Source: Leptogorgia sarmentosa
Taxonomy: Eukaryota
DNA: 64,000 nt
Direction: 5' to 3'
Assembly (NCBI GenBank): GCA_964658305.1
Contig: OZ210885.1
Location: forward strand, 12,834,001-12,898,000
The position numbers and the translations under genes are program-made. Below the pieces are notes generated by a model. That model was not told the DNA's origin. It did no database searches and was given only the letters and a program-made list of their open reading frames with translations. The stretch's first letter is position 1; every line of letters begins with the position of its first letter. Shown here piece by piece: positions 59,301 to 64,000 of this stretch.

Positions 59301-61582
59301 TTACTCACCCCAAAGAGTGGTTCAACATTACTCACCCCAAAGAGTGGTTCAACATTACTCACCACAAAGAGTGGTCCAACATTACTCACCCCAAAGAGTG
59401 GTTCAACATTACCCACCCCAAAGAGTGGTCCTACATTACTCACCCCAAAGAGTGGTTCAACATTACTCACCCCAAAGAGTGGTCCAACATTACTCACCCC
59501 AAAGAGTGGCTCAACATTACTCATCCCAAAGATTGGATCAACATTACTCACCCTAAAGATTGGTCCAACATTACTCACCCCAAAGAGTGGTTCAACATTA
59601 CTCACCCCAAGAGGTGGTTCAAAATTACTCACCCGGGCCCCAAGAGGTGGTTCAAAATTACTCACCCGGGCCCCAAGGGGTTGTTCAAAATTACTCACCC
59701 GGGCCCCAAGGGGTGGTTCAAAATTACTCACCCGGGCCCCAAGGGGTGGTTCAAAATTACTCACCCGGGCCCCAAGGGGTGGTCAACATTACTCACCCCA
59801 AAGAGTGGTTCAACATTACTCACCCCAAAGATTGGTTCAACATTACTCACCCCAAAGAGTGGTTAATTCAACATTACTCACCCCAAAGAGTGGTTCAACA
59901 TTACTCACCACAAAGAGTGGTTAATTCAACATTACTCACCCCAAAGAATGGTTCAACATTACTCACCCCAAAGAGTGGTTCAACATTACTCACCCCAAAG
60001 AGTGGTTAATTCAACATTACTCACCCCAAAGAGTGGTTCAACATTACTCACCACAAAGAGTGGTTCAACATTACTCACCCCAAAGAGTGGTTAATTCAAC
60101 ATTACTCACCCCAAAGAGTAGTTCAACATTACTCACCACAAAGAGTGGTTCAACATTACTCACCCCAAAGAGTGGTCCAACATTACTCACCCCAAAGAGT
60201 GGTTCAACATTACTCACCCCAAAGAGTGGTTCAACATTACTCACCCCAAAGAGTGGTTCAACATTACTCACCCCAAAGAGTGGTTCAACATTACTCACCC
60301 CAAAGAGTGGTTCAACATTACTCACCCCAAAGAGTGGTTCAACATTACTCACCCCAAAGAGTGGTTCAACATTACTCACCACAAAGAGTGGTCCAACATT
60401 ACTCACCCCAAAGAGTGGTTCAACATTACTCACTACAAAGAGTGGTCCAACATTACTCACCCCAAAGAGTGGTTCAACATTACTCACCCCAAAGAGTGGT
60501 TCAACATTACTCACCACAAAGAGTGGTCCAACATTACTCACCCCAAAGAGTGGTTCGACATTACTCACCACAAAGAGTGGTCCAACATTACTCACCCCAA
60601 AGAGTGGTTCAACATTACTCACCCCAAAGAGTGGTTCAACATTACTCACCCCAAAGAGTGGTTCAACATTACTCACCCCAAAGAGTGGTTCAACATTACT
60701 CACCCCAAAGAGTGGTTCAACATTACTCACCCCAAAGAGTGGTTCAACATTACTCACCACAAAGAGTGGTCCAACATTACTCACCCCAAAGAGTGGTTCA
60801 ACATTACCCACCCCAAAGAGTGGTCCTACATTACTCACCCCAAAGAGTGGTTCAACATTACTCACCCCAAAGAGTGGTCCAACATTACTCACCCCAAAGA
60901 GTGGCTCAACATTACTCATCCCAAATATTGGATCAACATTACTCACCCTAAAGATTGGTCCAACATTACTCACCCCAAAGAGTGGTTCAACATTACTCAC
61001 CCCAAGAGGTGGTTCAAAATTACTCACCCGGGCCCCAAGAGGTGGTTCAAAATTACTCACCCGGGCCCCAAGGGTTTGTTCAAAATTACTCACCCGGGCC
61101 CCAAGGGGTGGTTCAAAATTACTCACCCGGGCCCCAAGGGGTGGTTCAAAATTACTCACCCGGGCCCCAAGGGGTGGTCAACATTACTCACCCCAAAGAG
61201 TGGTTCAACATTACTCACCCCAAAGATTGGTTCAACATTACTCACCCCAAAGAGTGGTTAATTCAACATTACTCACCCCAAAGAGTGGTTCAACATTACT
61301 CACCACAAAGAGTGGTTAATTCAACATTACTCACCCCAAAGAATGGTTCAACATTACTCACCCCAAAGAGTGGTTCAACATTACTCACCCCAAAGAGTGG
61401 TTAATTCAACATTACTCACCCCAAAGAGTGGTTCAACATTACTCACCACAAAGAGTGGTTCAACATTACTCACCCCAAAGAGTGGTTAATTCAACATTAC
61501 TCACCCCAAAGAGTAGTTCAACATTACTCACCACAAAGAGTGGTTCAACATTACTCACCCCAAAGAGTGGTCCAACATTACT
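56314..61582. repeat. 27-bp satellite array with higher-order repeats
   Basis: Unit GTGGTTCAACATTACTCACCCCAAAGA, roughly 190 copies. Blocks of a 33-bp variant (..AAATTACTCACCCGGGCCCCAAGGG..) recur at 1053, 1248 and 1395 bp spacing. Confidence 0.97.
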
Positions 61583-61751
61583 TGTGGCGGACGCTTTAGG
61601 TGACCTGTGTCACAACGCTGACCAACAGGTGTGCGGACTTCTTTGGGAAGCGGACACATGCGATAAAGTATTAAATGATAGTTGTGTTTTACGGTGAAAT
61701 TATACGTATAATAACTAAGTTCTCGCTGTGTGTGAGGTTGTTTTACTTAAT

Positions 61752-61764
61752 TGGTGACCCCGAC
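61752..61764 (+). promoter_or_regulatory. Primer-binding site complementary to the tRNA-Trp 3' end
   Basis: TGGTGACCCCGAC immediately follows the LTR; it is the complement of ...GTCGGGGTCACCA. Confidence 0.8.
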
Positions 61765-61823
61765 GACACGGAAATCGAACTTTTGAATCAACATCATTCC
61801 ACGAAGCTGTCTACATAAACAAA

Positions 61824-62627
61824 ATGTCCGACACGGAAGTTGAGACGCAACCAGCAACACAAGCAGACGCCACCGCTCCACAGCCTCCACTCGCAACCGA
61901 AATCTCAACTGTCGCCTTAAAGCTCCCACCATTTTGGTTCGCCGACCCGCAGGTATGGTTTGCTCAAGTAGAGTCGCAGTTTGTCACTCGTAGAATCACT
62001 AATCAAGACACAAAGTTTCACCACATTGTCGCATCACTTCCGCCGGAAGTCGCCGTCGATATTCGTGACCTCATCATCAACAAACCACCTCACAATGCTT
62101 ATGATGAGTTAAAGGCAAAGCTAATTACCCGCACTACAGTCAGCCAGGCCAAACGACTGCAGCAGTTATTATCTGCTGAAGAGCTTGGTGACCGTAAACC
62201 GTCCCAACTCCTTCGTAAATTCGAACAGTTACTTGACACGACCAGCAGCGACCGCCCCTTGATTCGAGAGCTATTTTTGCAACGGTTACCCATACATGTT
62301 CGTCAACTCCTGGCAGCTACAACAACGGATGCAACTCCATTGAACGAGCTGGCGCAGCAGGCCGATAGGCTGATGGATGTCCCCGCCCAAAATATCAGCA
62401 CCATCCCCCAGCAACACGAACCCCATGGCTTCGCTGCTTTACAAGCTCAACTGCAAGAAATCACCCAGACAATGGCAGCTTTCACCAAGCGTCAGAATCA
62501 CTCCACTGCAAAAAAACCACCAGAAGAACCAAACAATGACCCCCCTACCCTGTGCTGGTACCACCGACGGTTTGGTTATAAAGCTCGCAAGTGTACGTGC
62601 TCGGGAAACGGGATGGTCAGCAAGTAG
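61824..62627 (+). CDS. gag: Gag
   Basis: [19 protein letters not shown] and [12 protein letters not shown] motifs; C-terminal [14 protein letters not shown] knuckle. Confidence 0.92.
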   Translation: MSDTEVETQPATQADATAPQPPLATEISTVALKLPPFWFADPQVWFAQVESQFVTRRITNQDTKFHHIVASLPPEVAVDIRDLIINKPPHNAYDELKAKLITRTTVSQAKRLQQLLSAEELGDRKPSQLLRKFEQLLDTTSSDRPLIRELFLQRLPIHVRQLLAATTTDATPLNELAQQADRLMDVPAQNISTIPQQHEPHGFAALQAQLQEITQTMAAFTKRQNHSTAKKPPEEPNNDPPTLCWYHRRFGYKARKCTCSGNGMVSK

Positions 62628-64000
62628 CGACGGCGACCATGCTGACCAATGTTAAGAGCCGTCTATTTTTTGTACGCGATAGAACTTCCCGGAAACAATT
62701 TTTAGTGGACACTGGAGCAGAAGTAAGTGTTATCCCACCCAGTATGACTGGCCCACCCCTAAAGCCGATTAATATTGCTTTAGAGGCTGCCAACCATAGT
62801 AAAATAAAGACACATGGCAAACGTTCACTCAACCTCAACCTTGGGTTGTGCCGCAAATTAACCTGGGAATTTGTTGTTGCTGACGTAAAATTCCCTATTC
62901 TTGGAGCTGATTTCTTACGCTACTATGGTCTATTGGTGGATGTTCGACACAACACGTTATTGGACGCTACTACATTCCTGAGTGTGAGTGGAACAATGAC
63001 AACGGTACGCTGTGTTAGCCCTGTCCTGGTGGAACCATCTCAGTCTGAGTACCTTAACATACTCAAGGAATTCCCCACCACCACCCAACCCGTCACCAAA
63101 GAAGAAATTGTCAAACACAATATTACCCACCATATTGTCACTAAGGGTCCACCCGTATACTCCAAACCCCGTCGACTCGCTCCTGAGAAACTCAAACACG
63201 CAAAATCCGAATTTGATAACCTCCTGGCACTGGGCATCATTCAACCTTCTTTGAGCAGCTGGGCCTCCCCTTTACATATGGTACCGAAGAGAACCCCAGG
63301 CACCTGGAGACCTTGCGGAGACTACCGGGCGTTGAACAATAGTACAGTTCCCGATCGTTATCCTATTCCTCACATCCAAGATTTTACATCCAATCTCCAT
63401 GGGGCAACCATTTTTTCAAAAATCGATTTGGTGCGCGCTTATCACCAGATTCCGGTCGACGCAAAAGACATTCACAAGACCGCAATTACCACGCCATTTG
63501 GGGCTATTCGAATTTAAGCGCATGCCATTTGGCCTTCGAAATGCTGCCCAAACATTCCAGCGTTTTATGGATCAAGTGGTCCGTGGACTAGACTTCGTCT
63601 ATGTGTACATAGATGATTTGTTGGTGGCTAGTTCCTCACCAGACGAGCACAAGCAGCACCTCCGTCAGCTGTTTGCGCGCCTTGCTGCATATGGATTAGT
63701 CATTAATCCCGAAAAGTGTGAATTTGGCAAATCTGCACTAAATTTTCTGGGCCACCACATAAGCAAAGATGGCATCCTCCCGCTGAAAGAGAAGGTGCAA
63801 GTCATTCTCGACTTCCCGCTCCCCCAATCTGCCGAAAAGCTCAGAGAGTTTTTGGGTCTTGTGAATTTTTACCACCGATTCATCAAAAACTGTGCTACCC
63901 TTCAAACCCCGCTCATATCCTTGCTGACTCAGGCAGACAAGCTTAAATCTCCACTTCAATGGACAGAGGAGTTAATTACCGATTTCAACAACCTTAAGCA
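62603..64000 (+). CDS. pol: Pol (aspartic protease plus RT) in the -1 frame to gag, broken by a 1-nt insertion at ~63500
   Basis: [10 protein letters not shown] protease; [35 protein letters not shown]. After removing one G from GGGG (63500-63503) it reads [26 protein letters not shown]...YVYIDDLL and stays open to the window end. Confidence 0.9.

Larger units (their letters stand above)
61583..64000 (+). mobile_element. Gypsy/Ty3 LTR retrotransposon (5' part)
   Basis: Short LTR starting TGTGGCGG (61583 to ~61749), PBS, gag, protease and RT in Gypsy order. Confidence 0.95.

Noticed and set aside
56314..61582. CRISPR array
   Set aside because: Monomers are head-to-tail with no unique spacers, there are no cas genes, and the context is eukaryotic.
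56129..61697. Very long repetitive ORFs (1248, 909, 428 aa etc.; GSTLLTPKS, VVQHYSPQR, VSNVEPLFG)
   Set aside because: The 27-bp unit is a multiple of 3 and lacks stops in several frames on both strands. The ORFs switch peptide register at indels, and the hydrophobic leader comes from a dispersed repeat also found at ~38000. Nothing suggests coding selection.

Overview
AT-rich, intron-containing animal genomic DNA. The repeat types suggest a marine invertebrate, possibly a cnidarian (inference). From left to right: (1) the 3' part of a spliced WD40-repeat gene (+, 8 phase-compatible exons, ~124-20842), whose introns hold many non-autonomous transposons, including a 1.6-kb mini-Polinton/Maverick with 441-bp TIRs, a 6-bp TSD and one zinc-finger ORF; (2) a shuffled, partly decayed cluster of more than 20 tRNA genes, pseudogenes and fragments (24.3-32.8 kb), four of which carry 8-12-nt internal tandem duplications; (3) a 2-kb TIR element with an 8-bp TSD; (4) a complete 10-exon gene for an ~826-aa type I membrane receptor with two degenerate YWTD-like propellers, four EGF repeats and a tail with ITAM/ITIM/ITSM-like motifs (38454-47588); (5) a repeat-rich interval with a solo LTR, a foldback element and several Crypton-like hairpin elements; (6) a 5.3-kb 27-bp satellite with higher-order structure, interrupted by (7) a Gypsy/Ty3 retrotransposon (LTR, tRNA-Trp PBS, gag, -1 frameshift, pol) that runs off the window. 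All calls were made by eye; no database searches were run.
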